A DNA stretch of 64,000 nucleotides from an uncultured Pseudomonadota bacterium (GTDB taxonomy: Bacteria > Oederibacteriota > Muellerivitia > Muellerivitales > Muellerivitaceae), in contig CAWJKT010000004.1 in NCBI GenBank assembly GCA_963843375.1, positions 128,001-192,000 of the forward strand. Direction: 5' to 3'. The stretch's first letter is position 1, and the number at the start of each line of letters is the position of its first letter. Position numbers and translations under genes: made by a program. Positions 30,342 to 40,703 of the stretch are shown in pieces. The notes below the pieces were generated by a model that made no database searches, had not been told where the DNA came from, and was given only the letters and a program-made list of their open reading frames with translations.

Positions 30342-31937
30342 TTGGACACCTTTTTAAAATCGTTAAAATCGTGTAAATTTTTTTTCACAAATTTCAATAA
30401 AAGAAAATGGCTTGGCAATATCGATTTTTTTATTTTTCTTTTATCGATAGTTTTGGCTTTTGAAATATTTTCCATCCGGGGTAATGTCGATTTGGGTTTA
30501 GGGGATGAAGGATACCTCTGGTATGGCGCAGACCGGGTCTTCCATGGGGAAGTGCCAATCCGCGATTTTGAGTCTTATGCCCCGGGAAGATATTACTGGT
30601 CGGCTTTCTTTTTTAAACTGTGGAAGCCTGGGCTCATTTGTCTCCGTCTTTCCGAATCAGTTTTTCAAGCGTTTGGCCTTTTCTTCGGGCTTCTGGCGGC
30701 TAAGAGATTCACACACAATCGTTGGGAATTAGCCGCGATCGGATTGGTATTAGCCCTTTGGATGTATCCGGAATACAAGGTTTTTGACTGCGCCATTCCC
30801 ATTATGGCGGTTTTTGCCGGGCTTAAAATCTCGGAAAGTCCTTCTTGGATCGTCTGTTGGTTCGCTGGCTTTCTTATGTCTTTAGGGCTTTTTGTCGGTC
30901 TAAACCATGGACTTTATCTTTTCGTATCCGTCCCCATCATTCTTTTGGTTAATTCAAAAAAAATTAAAATTTCAAGATGGGGGGCCGTTGGAATAGGAAT
31001 GGCCGTAGGTTTTATTCCTTACATTCGTCTTTTCTTGTTTTCAAAAGATTTTTTCCCCGCTTTTTTTAAAGAATTTCTGCGGGTCAAGGAACGGGGGGAT
31101 AATGTGCATGTTCCCGTTCCATGGCCATGGACCGTTCATTGGAGTACCGGCTGGGATTCCTATAGCTTTGCGGCTTATCTTTTCGGCGTTCTATTTCTTG
31201 TGGTTCCAATTTTTTATCTTTTTAACATTTATTCCAGGTTCTATCCTTTGGAAAAGATTAAAACCGTGAATCAATTCAACCTTATTTGTGCCACTATTGG
31301 TTTGGTTTATCTCCACTACGCCTTTTCAAGAGCCGACTACCAGCATTTAGCCGTAGCTTTGTCGCCTTTTTGGTTGAGTTTTTTCGGATATGAGCAAGCA
31401 AGCCCGTCTTGGCGAAAGGTGAGAATTTTTTTGGGCGTTGTCATTTCCATTCTATCCATCGGTGTTCAAGCCCAATGGATTCAATACTTCAACTCCCAAC
31501 AATATGGCTGGGTTGAGCGCCCAATAGGAGAAGATAAAATTTTAATGAATCCAAAGACAGCTATGGCTATTGACGGGGCACAAGAAATTGTGGGCCAATT
31601 GAAGTCGGGAGAGAATATTCTTTTCTTGCCACATCTACCGTCCCTTTATGCCGTTTTCGGATTGAAGTCCCCGATTTGGGCGACTTATGTTATTTTTCCG
31701 TTGTTGTCGTGGGAACAGGAACAAGCCATCCAAGAAATGGAAAGAAACAACGTGGTTTGGGCGGTGATCGACAACGAACCCTTGGACGGGCAAAATGATC
31801 TCAGCTTCCAAAATGAAAATCCCCAATTTTGGAAATATTTGATGGAACATTTTCAAATCGCCAGGAAGAATTACTTGTTTTGGGATTGCTATTTATTGCG
31901 CCGGAACGATACGGAGAGAAAATCGCCGAGCCCATAG
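30342..31937 (+). CDS. Polytopic membrane protein, GT-C-like glycosyltransferase
   Basis: DEGYLWYGA...GEVPIRDF.SY.PG first-loop motif; many TM segments; FSRAD..H. Confidence 0.7.
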   Translation: MDTFLKSLKSCKFFFTNFNKRKWLGNIDFFIFLLSIVLAFEIFSIRGNVDLGLGDEGYLWYGADRVFHGEVPIRDFESYAPGRYYWSAFFFKLWKPGLICLRLSESVFQAFGLFFGLLAAKRFTHNRWELAAIGLVLALWMYPEYKVFDCAIPIMAVFAGLKISESPSWIVCWFAGFLMSLGLFVGLNHGLYLFVSVPIILLVNSKKIKISRWGAVGIGMAVGFIPYIRLFLFSKDFFPAFFKEFLRVKERGDNVHVPVPWPWTVHWSTGWDSYSFAAYLFGVLFLVVPIFYLFNIYSRFYPLEKIKTVNQFNLICATIGLVYLHYAFSRADYQHLAVALSPFWLSFFGYEQASPSWRKVRIFLGVVISILSIGVQAQWIQYFNSQQYGWVERPIGEDKILMNPKTAMAIDGAQEIVGQLKSGENILFLPHLPSLYAVFGLKSPIWATYVIFPLLSWEQEQAIQEMERNNVVWAVIDNEPLDGQNDLSFQNENPQFWKYLMEHFQIARKNYLFWDCYLLRRNDTERKSPSP

Positions 31938-32056
31938 ATTGCAGAATCCCGGTGACTTCTTTTTTTTCCAATTAGAATTTTCGAGAAAAAGGCCATCTTT
32001 ATCTATTTCAAGAATATCCTGACTTCCTATTCAAACAAAATGCCACGTCGATGGTT

Positions 32057-32902
32057 TTAGCTGGTCGGAGTAAGTGAATCGTAAGTGCGGATTTTCGTAA
32101 TGACTTCCTCAATGAGATAATCCGGGGTCGAGGCTCCGGCAGTGATGCCGACCTTGTCCTTGCCCTCAAACCATTTTGCGTCTAGTTCCTCGGCAGTTTC
32201 CACATGATAAGTGTCGTTGGGCAGGTTCATTTTGCAGGTGTCGGCCAGCTTGTGGGTGTTGCTGGAATTGCGCCCGCCGATGACGATCATGATTTGCATG
32301 GTCTTGGAAAGGGCGGCGGCGGCGGTTTGGCGGTCCTTGGTGGGCTTGCAGATGGTGTTCACCGTGACCACCTCGGCACAGCGGGTCTTCAAAAGAGACA
32401 CGAACTTATCGAACTTATCCATTAATAGCGTGCTTTGGCATACGACACCCACTCGGGACCCCGTCGGAACCGTTTGGATATCCTCTTCGTGGTACACGAT
32501 GATAGGATTTTTCATGCGGCTGGCGATACCCTTTACTTCCACGTGTTTAGGGTCTCCAATAATGACGATTTGAAGGCCCTGGGTTTCCAGCTTGTGCCCT
32601 TCGTTATAAATTTTGGTAACTAGCGGGCAGGTGGTATCGATGATTTCCAGGTTGCGTTCCTTCATCTGAGCGATTACGTTGATATCCAAACCATGGGCGG
32701 TGATGACCACGCGATTGTCCTGCACATCCTCAAGCGAGTGGACGATTTTCTTGTTTAGTGAAGCAAGACGAGCCACTTCCTGAGGGTTATGGATGAGGGA
32801 GCCGAAGATAAAGGCGCGGTCCATGGTCTCGGCCTTCTGGATGGCCTTCTTCACGCCAAAACAAAAACCAGCGGCATTGGCTATTTGAATTTCACGCGGC
32901 AT
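32057..32902 (-). CDS. ispH: 4-hydroxy-3-methylbut-2-enyl diphosphate reductase
   Basis: AGFCFGV, LIHN, TAHG, DTTCPLV, HVEVKG, NTIC, SSNT, GITAGASTP. Confidence 0.96.
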   Translation of the reverse strand: MPREIQIANAAGFCFGVKKAIQKAETMDRAFIFGSLIHNPQEVARLASLNKKIVHSLEDVQDNRVVITAHGLDINVIAQMKERNLEIIDTTCPLVTKIYNEGHKLETQGLQIVIIGDPKHVEVKGIASRMKNPIIVYHEEDIQTVPTGSRVGVVCQSTLLMDKFDKFVSLLKTRCAEVVTVNTICKPTKDRQTAAAALSKTMQIMIVIGGRNSSNTHKLADTCKMNLPNDTYHVETAEELDAKWFEGKDKVGITAGASTPDYLIEEVITKIRTYDSLTPTS

Positions 32903-32922
32903 AAAAACCTCTAAAGAGTTTT

Positions 32923-33090
32923 AACCACCAAGGGCATCAAGGAAACCCTTTGGGGACAAAGGCAATAACGGAAAGTAGGCCAAAAACCTTTCCGAAGTTG
33001 GATTATATATAATGACGTCCTTAAACTATAGAGGTCTTCCTAGGCCAAGAAATTTATCTTTTCTTGGTGAACTTGGTGCCCTTGGTGGTT
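32923..33090. repeat. Inverted repeat built from 9-bp CTTGGTGnn units, bracketing the ispH/addB divergent intergenic region
   Basis: AACCACCAAGGGCATCAAG (32923-32941) vs CTTGGTGCCCTTGGTGGTT (33072-33090), 18/19 match; third unit at 33063. Confidence 0.75.
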
Positions 33091-33113
33091 CAATCTTTCT
33101 TTAAGGACATTCC

Positions 33114-36100
33114 GTGGTTTTTTCCCTCTATTTAGGCCCCTACCAGCCCTTCCTGGAAAATCAGCTGCTGGAAACCTTCCAAGACTACCGAAAGAAAGAG
33201 CCATTCGCCCCCGTGACAGTTCTTGTCCCAAATTTCCTATTGGTTGGACATCTGCGTCGGACCCTAGCGGAAAGGGCCGAAAATCTTTTTAACCTTCAGG
33301 TCCACACTCTACGGCACTATTTGGAAAGCTTCGTCGAGGAATCCGTCGTCCGGGAAGGCTTCCAGACCCTGCCGGACGTTTTGGCCCCTTGGATTTTGAA
33401 GGAAGTGGCCCGGCCCATCTTATCCAAGGGTACGGCCTTCCGTTCCGTCATGGAAACGCCGGGGTTTTACCCCTCCTTGCGCTCGACCCTTCGTGAATTA
33501 AGGGAGAGCCTCGTCACCCCGGAGATGCTCCAAGGCTTCTCGAAGAGCTACCAGAAAGCGGTAAACACCCACCGGCTGGCGCAAAAACTTTCCGAGTTCG
33601 CCGAAGTATCGGCCGCCTACCGGGAATGGAAAAAAAAAGGCCGCTGGCTGGACCAGGAGGATTCCTATTTCAAGGCCCTCGAGGTTCCGCCTTCGCCTGA
33701 AGGAAAAGTTTGGATTTACGGGTTTTACGACGCTTCCGCCCTTCAAAAGAAGGTCCTGCGACATTTAACCAGCGGCAGTGAAAGCGCCTGGTTTATACCC
33801 TATGAGGAGCAGCCAGCCTACGAATACGCTAAACCTTTTGTGGACTGGGCCCGAAGCCTGGGAAAGGTTCGTAAAGAGGATTCCTGGGAGCCCAATGGCA
33901 AAGGCCCCCTTCAACGCTTGCAGGGGATCTTGTTCCACGGGAAAAACCCCTGGATGGACCATTTCGGGCCGGCTCCGGAAATAAAACCCGAGGATTACGA
34001 AAGGTCGGATTGCAAGATCATCCTCTGTCCCGGCGAGCCCCGGGAAGCTCGGGAAGTGGCCCGGGCCATTTTCGAGGAAGCGGCCCGGAGCAATTCTAAC
34101 CTATCCGATTGCGCGGTAGTCCTTCGGGACCCGGCTGCTTACCGCAAGATCCTTCCACCCGCCTTCGAGGACCAGGGAATTCCCCTTTCCAAAAGCATTC
34201 CCGGTCCGCTCCTGGAAACCATGGAAGCCAAAACGCTTTTGCTTATGTTGGATTGCTTTCTGAAGGATTTTCCACGCAACACGGTGATGGATTTGGTGTC
34301 GTGTCCTCCCTTGCAATCCGCAGGATTTGGATTGAAGCCGGAGAAATGGAATCCCTCCTACTGGGATGTTCTGAGCCGGGAAGCTCGTATCGTGGAGGGC
34401 GAGAAAGAATGGATCAACCGCCTCACGACTTGGCGGGCTTTGAAGAAAAAGGGAAATCGGGAAGAGGATGAGCCGACTTCCGCCGAGAGAGAGATCCAAT
34501 CCTCGATGGCTTTTGAAAAGATCCTGGCTTGGTTGTTCGAAGCGCGGCGTGAATTTGAAAAAGCCAAGGGCTGGCCTGAAAAATCGGCCAAACTGTTGGG
34601 TCGGTTCAAGAGCCTGTGCCTCCCTAGCGAAGCCTTAAAGGAGGTGGCGGGTGTTTTGGAATCCTTCGCCCTTCTCAGCCGGTCCTTCCACCTGGATATT
34701 TCCGCCGAGGACTTCAGCTCGCTGTTGGCCGCTTTGTTGGAGGAACGAAAGGTAAAGGCCAAGTCCCTCCAGCCCGGGGGTGTGCAGGTGGTGGATTTGA
34801 TGCAGGCGCGGGGCGTTCCCTTTGACCTTTTGGTCTTCCCGGGGCTGGTAGAAAAATCCATACCCCGCCTAGTTAGGCAGGACCCCCTTTTGCTCGATGA
34901 CGAAAGAACGCTTTTAAACGCCAAGTCCGAAGGCGCTGAAATCCCACTGAAGAAATCGGGAATGTTGGAAGAAAGACTGCTTTTCACCCTGGCCGTCCGA
35001 AGCGCGAAAAAGGCGATCCTTCTAACAGCTCCCCACCTGAACCCCTCCACCGGTTCCCCCCGAACCCCCTCTATCTATCTCTTCGAATCAGCCGAAGCGG
35101 TCCTGGGGAGGCGCATCACGCGCTTGGGGGATGTGCCTGGATTGGTGAAAGCCGTCCTGGTTAACGATTGGATTCAGACTGATTTTGCTCATTGCGCGGA
35201 CCCTTTGGAAATCCTCCTAACGGCGATGGATTTGGGCCGCCAAGGCGACCTTGCGGCAGTCCTGGCCGTAGTCCGAGAAAAACCCTTTTATTTTGAGGGT
35301 TGTGATCTCCTGAAATTACGGCAAGCTGCCCGTGTTTTCACCGCTTATGACGGAATGCTGCAGGGCGAGGAGGCCCGGAAGCGACTCCAACAAAACCATT
35401 CTCTCAAGGACAAACGTCTTTCCGCCTCCCGTCTGGAGACTTTTGCGGCCTGTCCCCTGAGGTATTTTTACAAATACGTTTTGGGGCTCATCGTGACGCC
35501 TGAGCCGGAAAAGGTGTTGGAACTCCAAGCTTCCGACCGCGGCAATCTGATGCACGAAATTCTGGAGCAAACCCTGAAGCGGGGTGTGAAGGAAGGTTGG
35601 CTTAAGGACACTGCACGGGAGGCGGCCCAAAAGACACTGGGCGAGGAAAAAGAAAAAGCCTTCCGCCGTTTCGAAAAAGAAGGTGTCCCCGGCGCTCCAG
35701 CATTGTGGGCCTGGGAAAAGGACCAAATGGTCCGCGACATGCTTCGTGTCGTAGAAGATATTCTTCAGGAGGCCGATTGGACCCCCTTGGATTTTGAGGT
35801 GGCTTTTGGAAGCGAACCGGGGAAGAACGATGTAGCTTTTTCCGCCGGAGGAAAGGTTTCCTTCGGTTTGCAAGGCCGCATGGACCGAGTGGATATTTCC
35901 AAGGATGGGAATCGTCTAAGGGTGGTGGATTACAAAAGCGGTAGTTCAAACGGTGTTTCCAAGAACAGCGTTAAGGCCGGCACCAAATTACAGCTCCCCT
36001 TTTACCTATGGGCCCTCCAAAGCATTTTCCCCCAAAAAGAAGCCAAGGAAGCCCTTTATGATTACGTTACCCGCAAAGGAGGATACCGACAGGTTTCTTT

Positions 36101-36317
36101 CACACCTCAGTCCCCGGACCAAATCCGTGACATCCTCTCCCAAATACTTTTCACGGTGGATGGAAGCGTGGAGGAAGGAAGATTTCCTGCCGTTGGGTTG
36201 GAATGTGAACAATGCGATTACCAGAAACTTTGTGGGACGGGCATGAAAGCGCGAGGCGAGCGCAAGTGTGAAGATAAAAAAGTTAGTAGTTATTTCGAGT
36301 TGGAGAATTTGCCATGA
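33114..36317 (+). CDS. addB: AddB-like DNA repair subunit (inactive helicase fold plus PD-(D/E)XK nuclease with Fe-S Cys)
   Basis: LSASRLETFAACP, RGNLMHE, GRMDRVD, VVDYKSG, LQLPFY, CEQCDYQKLC; paired with addA. Confidence 0.85.
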   Translation: MVFSLYLGPYQPFLENQLLETFQDYRKKEPFAPVTVLVPNFLLVGHLRRTLAERAENLFNLQVHTLRHYLESFVEESVVREGFQTLPDVLAPWILKEVARPILSKGTAFRSVMETPGFYPSLRSTLRELRESLVTPEMLQGFSKSYQKAVNTHRLAQKLSEFAEVSAAYREWKKKGRWLDQEDSYFKALEVPPSPEGKVWIYGFYDASALQKKVLRHLTSGSESAWFIPYEEQPAYEYAKPFVDWARSLGKVRKEDSWEPNGKGPLQRLQGILFHGKNPWMDHFGPAPEIKPEDYERSDCKIILCPGEPREAREVARAIFEEAARSNSNLSDCAVVLRDPAAYRKILPPAFEDQGIPLSKSIPGPLLETMEAKTLLLMLDCFLKDFPRNTVMDLVSCPPLQSAGFGLKPEKWNPSYWDVLSREARIVEGEKEWINRLTTWRALKKKGNREEDEPTSAEREIQSSMAFEKILAWLFEARREFEKAKGWPEKSAKLLGRFKSLCLPSEALKEVAGVLESFALLSRSFHLDISAEDFSSLLAALLEERKVKAKSLQPGGVQVVDLMQARGVPFDLLVFPGLVEKSIPRLVRQDPLLLDDERTLLNAKSEGAEIPLKKSGMLEERLLFTLAVRSAKKAILLTAPHLNPSTGSPRTPSIYLFESAEAVLGRRITRLGDVPGLVKAVLVNDWIQTDFAHCADPLEILLTAMDLGRQGDLAAVLAVVREKPFYFEGCDLLKLRQAARVFTAYDGMLQGEEARKRLQQNHSLKDKRLSASRLETFAACPLRYFYKYVLGLIVTPEPEKVLELQASDRGNLMHEILEQTLKRGVKEGWLKDTAREAAQKTLGEEKEKAFRRFEKEGVPGAPALWAWEKDQMVRDMLRVVEDILQEADWTPLDFEVAFGSEPGKNDVAFSAGGKVSFGLQGRMDRVDISKDGNRLRVVDYKSGSSNGVSKNSVKAGTKLQLPFYLWALQSIFPQKEAKEALYDYVTRKGGYRQVSFTPQSPDQIRDILSQILFTVDGSVEEGRFPAVGLECEQCDYQKLCGTGMKARGERKCEDKKVSSYFELENLP

Positions 36318-36391
36318 ACCAAAAACAAAACGAGGCAGCCGAGGATGGAAAAATTTCTATAGATAAATTTCCTCGAGTATTGAGATTTTAG

Positions 36392-39300
36392 ATGATTTCA
36401 GATGAAGAGGCGCGGCAACGGATACGAAAAGACCTAGACGCTTCTTTCGCGGTGGACGCGGGAGCGGGCACTGGCAAGACGACACTACTGATAGACCGGC
36501 TGGCGGGTGTGCTTTTGGAAAAACGCATCCCCCTCTCCCGGGTCGCCGCCATTACATTCACCGATAAAGCGGCGGGAGAACTCATTGAACGGCTTCGAAT
36601 CAAGCTTGAAAAAGCCTTCGACGATCCTATCATCGAGCCCCAATTAATAAGGCGAGCCCTGCAAGATTTGGAACAGGCTTCGGTATCTACCATTCATTCC
36701 TTTTGTTCATCGATTCTCCGTGAATATCCCGTGGAAGCTGGAGTGGACCCCCGCTTCGTAGTCTTGGATCAGGTGCAGGCGGATACCCTGGAAATTCAAG
36801 CTTGGGAAGGATGGTTGAAGAGGTCGCTGGAGAAGGAAGTGGAAGCTCTCTCCCGGTTTTTAAAGCTCGGCGGGACCTTCAACCAGGTGGAAAGCCTGAA
36901 GGACAACCTGCTCAAGAACCGGTCTCTTTTAAATCGGCCTACACCACCGTCTCTGCCGGAAACCCAACCAATCTATGGGGAAATCAAAGCTTTTCACGGC
37001 AAAATCCCGGGATTTCTCCATAAGTGCATTGATTACCAGGACCCCATGTTTCAAAACCTGTCGGCTTTCTTGAGGCTATGGGAATCCTTAAAGGATTCAA
37101 GCGATCCTATAGAAATAGCCAGGATGGAATTGCCCTCTTCCAAATCGGGTGCCGAGATCCGATGGGAAAAGGGTGTAATCAAACCCCTCAAGGCGGAGCT
37201 CAAGAACCTGGAGGAAAGCCATGAGAAATTCGCTGCCCAAGTGAAGGATTCCTGCCTTCTTTCATTGGTCAACTGGCTTTGGGATTATCTGCAAGAATAC
37301 GGGGACGCCAAGACCCGCCTAGGATTCCTGGATTTTGATGACCTGCTTTCCAAGACCCGTGACTTATTGAAGGGCCAGCCCCCAGTACGGGAGGAAATGA
37401 AAAAACGGTTCGACCGGGTTTTCGTGGATGAGTTCCAGGACACGGATCCCTTGCAGGTAGAAATCGCTTTCTTTCTATCAGAAAAGAAAAACAACAAAGC
37501 CGCCCAATGGCAGGACGTGAAACTGGAACCTGGAAAATTGTTTCTCGTTGGCGATCCCCAGCAAAGTATTTACCGCTTCCGGCGTGCGGATGTGGAGATT
37601 TACGGGGAAGCCAAGGGAAAACTTGAGGCTTCGGGAGGTCGGGTGGAAAAGCTGACGGAAAACTTCCGTACTCTTCCCCCAATTGTGGAATGGGTGAACG
37701 AAGGCTTCCAGAAACATTTTGAGAGCGGCCTTTTTCCTTATGTGGCCCAGAAGGCCCACCGCGTTTTGGCGGAGGGAAGATTTTCACCCCTGATGACCCT
37801 GGCCATGGTCGAGTTGCCTGAGGGTGAGCAGACTGCCGATTCCTTCCGGAAACTTGAAGCCGAAACGGTGGCTTCCTTCATCACACAACTGTTGAAAGGT
37901 GATCCGCCCCTGATCGAGGATCCCAAGACCAAGACCCCGAGACCATTGAAGGCTGGGGACGTCGCCATCCTTTTCCGCGACCTTTCCAACACCGAGGAAG
38001 TTTACGAGGAGGCTCTTCGAAGCCGTGGGGTGCCTTTTTCGGTTGTGGGCGGGAAGAAATTCTATAACCGACCCGAGATCGTGGCCTTGGAGACCCTGCT
38101 GTCCGCACTGGAGTCGCCCGCAGACGAGGCGGGTTTAGTGGCCCTGCTTCGGACGCCCCTCTTCGGGTTCAGCGATGAGGACTTGTTCCTTTACCGCGAA
38201 AAAAGGGGGGCTTTCCAGTTTTTACAAACTGCGGACGGAAAGATGGGCGAGGCTTTTTCAAAACTCCGGGAATGGCGGGAGGCCATTCGGGAAAAATCCC
38301 CGGCCGAATCCCTTCTATATCTTTACCAAGCGACGAATCTTCTGGCTGTGGTGGCTTCCCAAACGCACGGCACCCAACGCGTGGCCAACATCCTGAAGGT
38401 GGTGGATCAATGCCGTGATCTGGAGGCTTCCCAAAACTTTACCTACCGGGCCTTCGTGAAATGGCTCTCCCGCCAAAGAGAGGAAGATTCCATGGAAGGT
38501 GAGGCCCCGGGGCCGGAGGAAACGGGAAACCAAGTTACCCTTATGACCCTTCATAAAGCTAAGGGGCTGGAATTTCCGGTAGTGATTTTGTCATCCGCAG
38601 GTAAGAGCGCCGACAAGCCGAGGGCCGCCGAATTCATCGTGAACCGCAAGTCGGGCACGGCCGCCTTCAAAGTTGGCGATTCCAGAAATGAATTTTGGAC
38701 CAGCAGTTATCCCAAGGCCAAAGAAGAAGAGCTTGCCCATGAAAGAGCTGAAACCCTGCGCCTGCTTTACGTGGGCTGTACCCGGGCCCGGGAAAGCCTG
38801 GTGATCCCCCGGTTTTCCCAAGAGAAAGCACCGGCATTTTTGAAACCACTTTGGGATTATTTGGATTCCCCGGCTGTGAAGGTCGTGAAAGTCACTTTGG
38901 ATAAGGGAGGGGAAGATGTCTCCCCGTTGGTTTTGGAGCTCAATGAAACCCAGGCTAAGGGTGGGGCTGTTGATAAAAAGGCACACGATTTAAACCGTCT
39001 TCAGGAAGAAAAGAAAAGCAGGACCCAAGCCCTTACCCATGAACCTGCTTTGAAATCCGTTACTTCTCTTGTTCATTCCGATGATGATAAATCACTCCGG
39101 GAGGGGTGGAACCTGGCGGGCGGGCCGGAAGCCGACCCTCTCTCCTTATCTAAGGAAGAAGCCAAAACCTTCGGGGTTTTGACCCACAAGCTTCTGGAAA
39201 AGGGATGGAATTGGGATGAGGAACTTTTAGAAAAAGCCGCCCTTTCTTGGAGAGTGAATTTGAACCTATCTGAAGAAAAGGCCCGGGAAGCCGCCGGAAT

Positions 39301-39610
39301 GGCTTCCCGGGCACTCAAAGGGGAACTTCTCCAAAGAGCTAAGAAATCCCCGCAGGTTTTCAGGGAATTACCTTTGTCCGGTAAAACTTCCGCCGGTGAA
39401 TTCCTAAATGCCATTATGGATCTGGCGTTCCTGGAAGGGAACGAATGGGTGATCGTGGATTATAAGACGGACCAGGATATGGAAAGAGAAAAAGATAAGT
39501 ACAAGGAACAGTTGGGCTATTACAGCCAGCTTTTAGAAAAGTTCACGAATTATAAGGTGAAAGAAGTATTTCTTTATTTCGTTCGGCATAATGAAATCGT
39601 CCGGCTTTAG
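36392..39610 (+). CDS. addA: AddA-like UvrD helicase-nuclease
   Basis: AGAGTGKT, ITFTDKAA, TIHSF, VDEFQDT, VGDPQQSIYRFR, TLHKAKGLEF, YVGCTRA, VDYKT. Confidence 0.92.
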   Translation: MISDEEARQRIRKDLDASFAVDAGAGTGKTTLLIDRLAGVLLEKRIPLSRVAAITFTDKAAGELIERLRIKLEKAFDDPIIEPQLIRRALQDLEQASVSTIHSFCSSILREYPVEAGVDPRFVVLDQVQADTLEIQAWEGWLKRSLEKEVEALSRFLKLGGTFNQVESLKDNLLKNRSLLNRPTPPSLPETQPIYGEIKAFHGKIPGFLHKCIDYQDPMFQNLSAFLRLWESLKDSSDPIEIARMELPSSKSGAEIRWEKGVIKPLKAELKNLEESHEKFAAQVKDSCLLSLVNWLWDYLQEYGDAKTRLGFLDFDDLLSKTRDLLKGQPPVREEMKKRFDRVFVDEFQDTDPLQVEIAFFLSEKKNNKAAQWQDVKLEPGKLFLVGDPQQSIYRFRRADVEIYGEAKGKLEASGGRVEKLTENFRTLPPIVEWVNEGFQKHFESGLFPYVAQKAHRVLAEGRFSPLMTLAMVELPEGEQTADSFRKLEAETVASFITQLLKGDPPLIEDPKTKTPRPLKAGDVAILFRDLSNTEEVYEEALRSRGVPFSVVGGKKFYNRPEIVALETLLSALESPADEAGLVALLRTPLFGFSDEDLFLYREKRGAFQFLQTADGKMGEAFSKLREWREAIREKSPAESLLYLYQATNLLAVVASQTHGTQRVANILKVVDQCRDLEASQNFTYRAFVKWLSRQREEDSMEGEAPGPEETGNQVTLMTLHKAKGLEFPVVILSSAGKSADKPRAAEFIVNRKSGTAAFKVGDSRNEFWTSSYPKAKEEELAHERAETLRLLYVGCTRARESLVIPRFSQEKAPAFLKPLWDYLDSPAVKVVKVTLDKGGEDVSPLVLELNETQAKGGAVDKKAHDLNRLQEEKKSRTQALTHEPALKSVTSLVHSDDDKSLREGWNLAGGPEADPLSLSKEEAKTFGVLTHKLLEKGWNWDEELLEKAALSWRVNLNLSEEKAREAAGMASRALKGELLQRAKKSPQVFRELPLSGKTSAGEFLNAIMDLAFLEGNEWVIVDYKTDQDMEREKDKYKEQLGYYSQLLEKFTNYKVKEVFLYFVRHNEIVRL

Positions 39611-39701
39611 CGGTTTTGGCACACGGCCAAAGCCGCTTTAAGTCATATTTGAAGAGATGTATTTATTACTCAAGTTTTTGTTTAAAAGATAAAATAGCCC
39701 T

Positions 39702-40664
39702 ATGTCCCACGAACACCCTCATGACCACTCACACAAACCGCACAAATCAGTTGAGTTACACCATGGCCACTCCCACGAGGAACCCAGTCGCCGAGGAAAG
39801 ATGATTTGGGCCATCGGCATCACCAGTTCCATCTTAGTTCTCGAAGCCGTGGGCGGCATTGTTTCAGGTTCTTTGGCCTTGCTTTCCGACGCCGGTCATA
39901 TGCTCACCGATCTGGCCGCACTCTTGATTTCCCTGGCCGCGATGATTATGGCCGCCAAGCCGGTCAGTGCCCGGCATACCTATGGTTTCGCCAGGCTCGA
40001 AGTTCTGGCGGCCTTGGGAAACGCCATTACGTTCTTTCTTATGGTTGTGGGTGTAGGTTGGGAAGCTGTGAACCGATTCGCCCATCCTTCTTTGCCCGAT
40101 TGGAAGATTATGGGAATCATCGCGGGTGTCGGGCTTTTGGCCAATGCCCTTTCAGCCTGGTTTTTACATGGAGCGGAAGAGGAAGACTTGAACCTACAAA
40201 GCGCCTGGGTTCATGTAATGGGCGACTTGGCTTCGTCCCTGGGGGTCTTAATGGGCGTTTTCGTCATTGCCAAAACCGGTTGGACCTGGGTGGACCCGCT
40301 TTTAAGCTTAGGGATCGCCCTACTCATCGCGGTGAGCGCCTTCAAGCTTTTCATGAAGGCTCTTCATATTCTCTTGGAATCGGCGCCCAAAGGCCTTACC
40401 TCCGACCTCATTTATGAAGCCCTGACCCAGGGCATTCCTGAGATAAAGGAAGTCCACCATGTCCACCTCTGGGAGGTGGGGTCCGGGGAAGTGCATTTGA
40501 CCGCGCATCTGGTGGTGATCGACCGTCCTTTAAGCCAGGGACTTGATATCATCCAGAATGCTTCAGAAATATTGGAGAATAAATTTTCGATCCATCACAG
40601 TACTTTCCAGTTAGAAGCGCCAGCCCTTGTTCCGATGCAGGGTCCCAAGAACCCAGCTGATTGA
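39702..40664 (+). CDS. Cation diffusion facilitator (CzcD/ZitB-like) metal exporter
   Basis: His-rich N-terminus; SLALLSDAGHMLTD, HVMGD, HHVHLW, HSTFQLE. Confidence 0.93.
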   Translation: MSHEHPHDHSHKPHKSVELHHGHSHEEPSRRGKMIWAIGITSSILVLEAVGGIVSGSLALLSDAGHMLTDLAALLISLAAMIMAAKPVSARHTYGFARLEVLAALGNAITFFLMVVGVGWEAVNRFAHPSLPDWKIMGIIAGVGLLANALSAWFLHGAEEEDLNLQSAWVHVMGDLASSLGVLMGVFVIAKTGWTWVDPLLSLGIALLIAVSAFKLFMKALHILLESAPKGLTSDLIYEALTQGIPEIKEVHHVHLWEVGSGEVHLTAHLVVIDRPLSQGLDIIQNASEILENKFSIHHSTFQLEAPALVPMQGPKNPAD

Positions 40665-40703
40665 CCATGAAAAGGGAATTTTCTCCTTGTGTTTTAGAAA
40701 CAT

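Noticed and set aside
33114..39610. Helicase-nuclease pair as a novel defence system
   Set aside because: Order, sizes and motifs fit ordinary AddAB recombination repair
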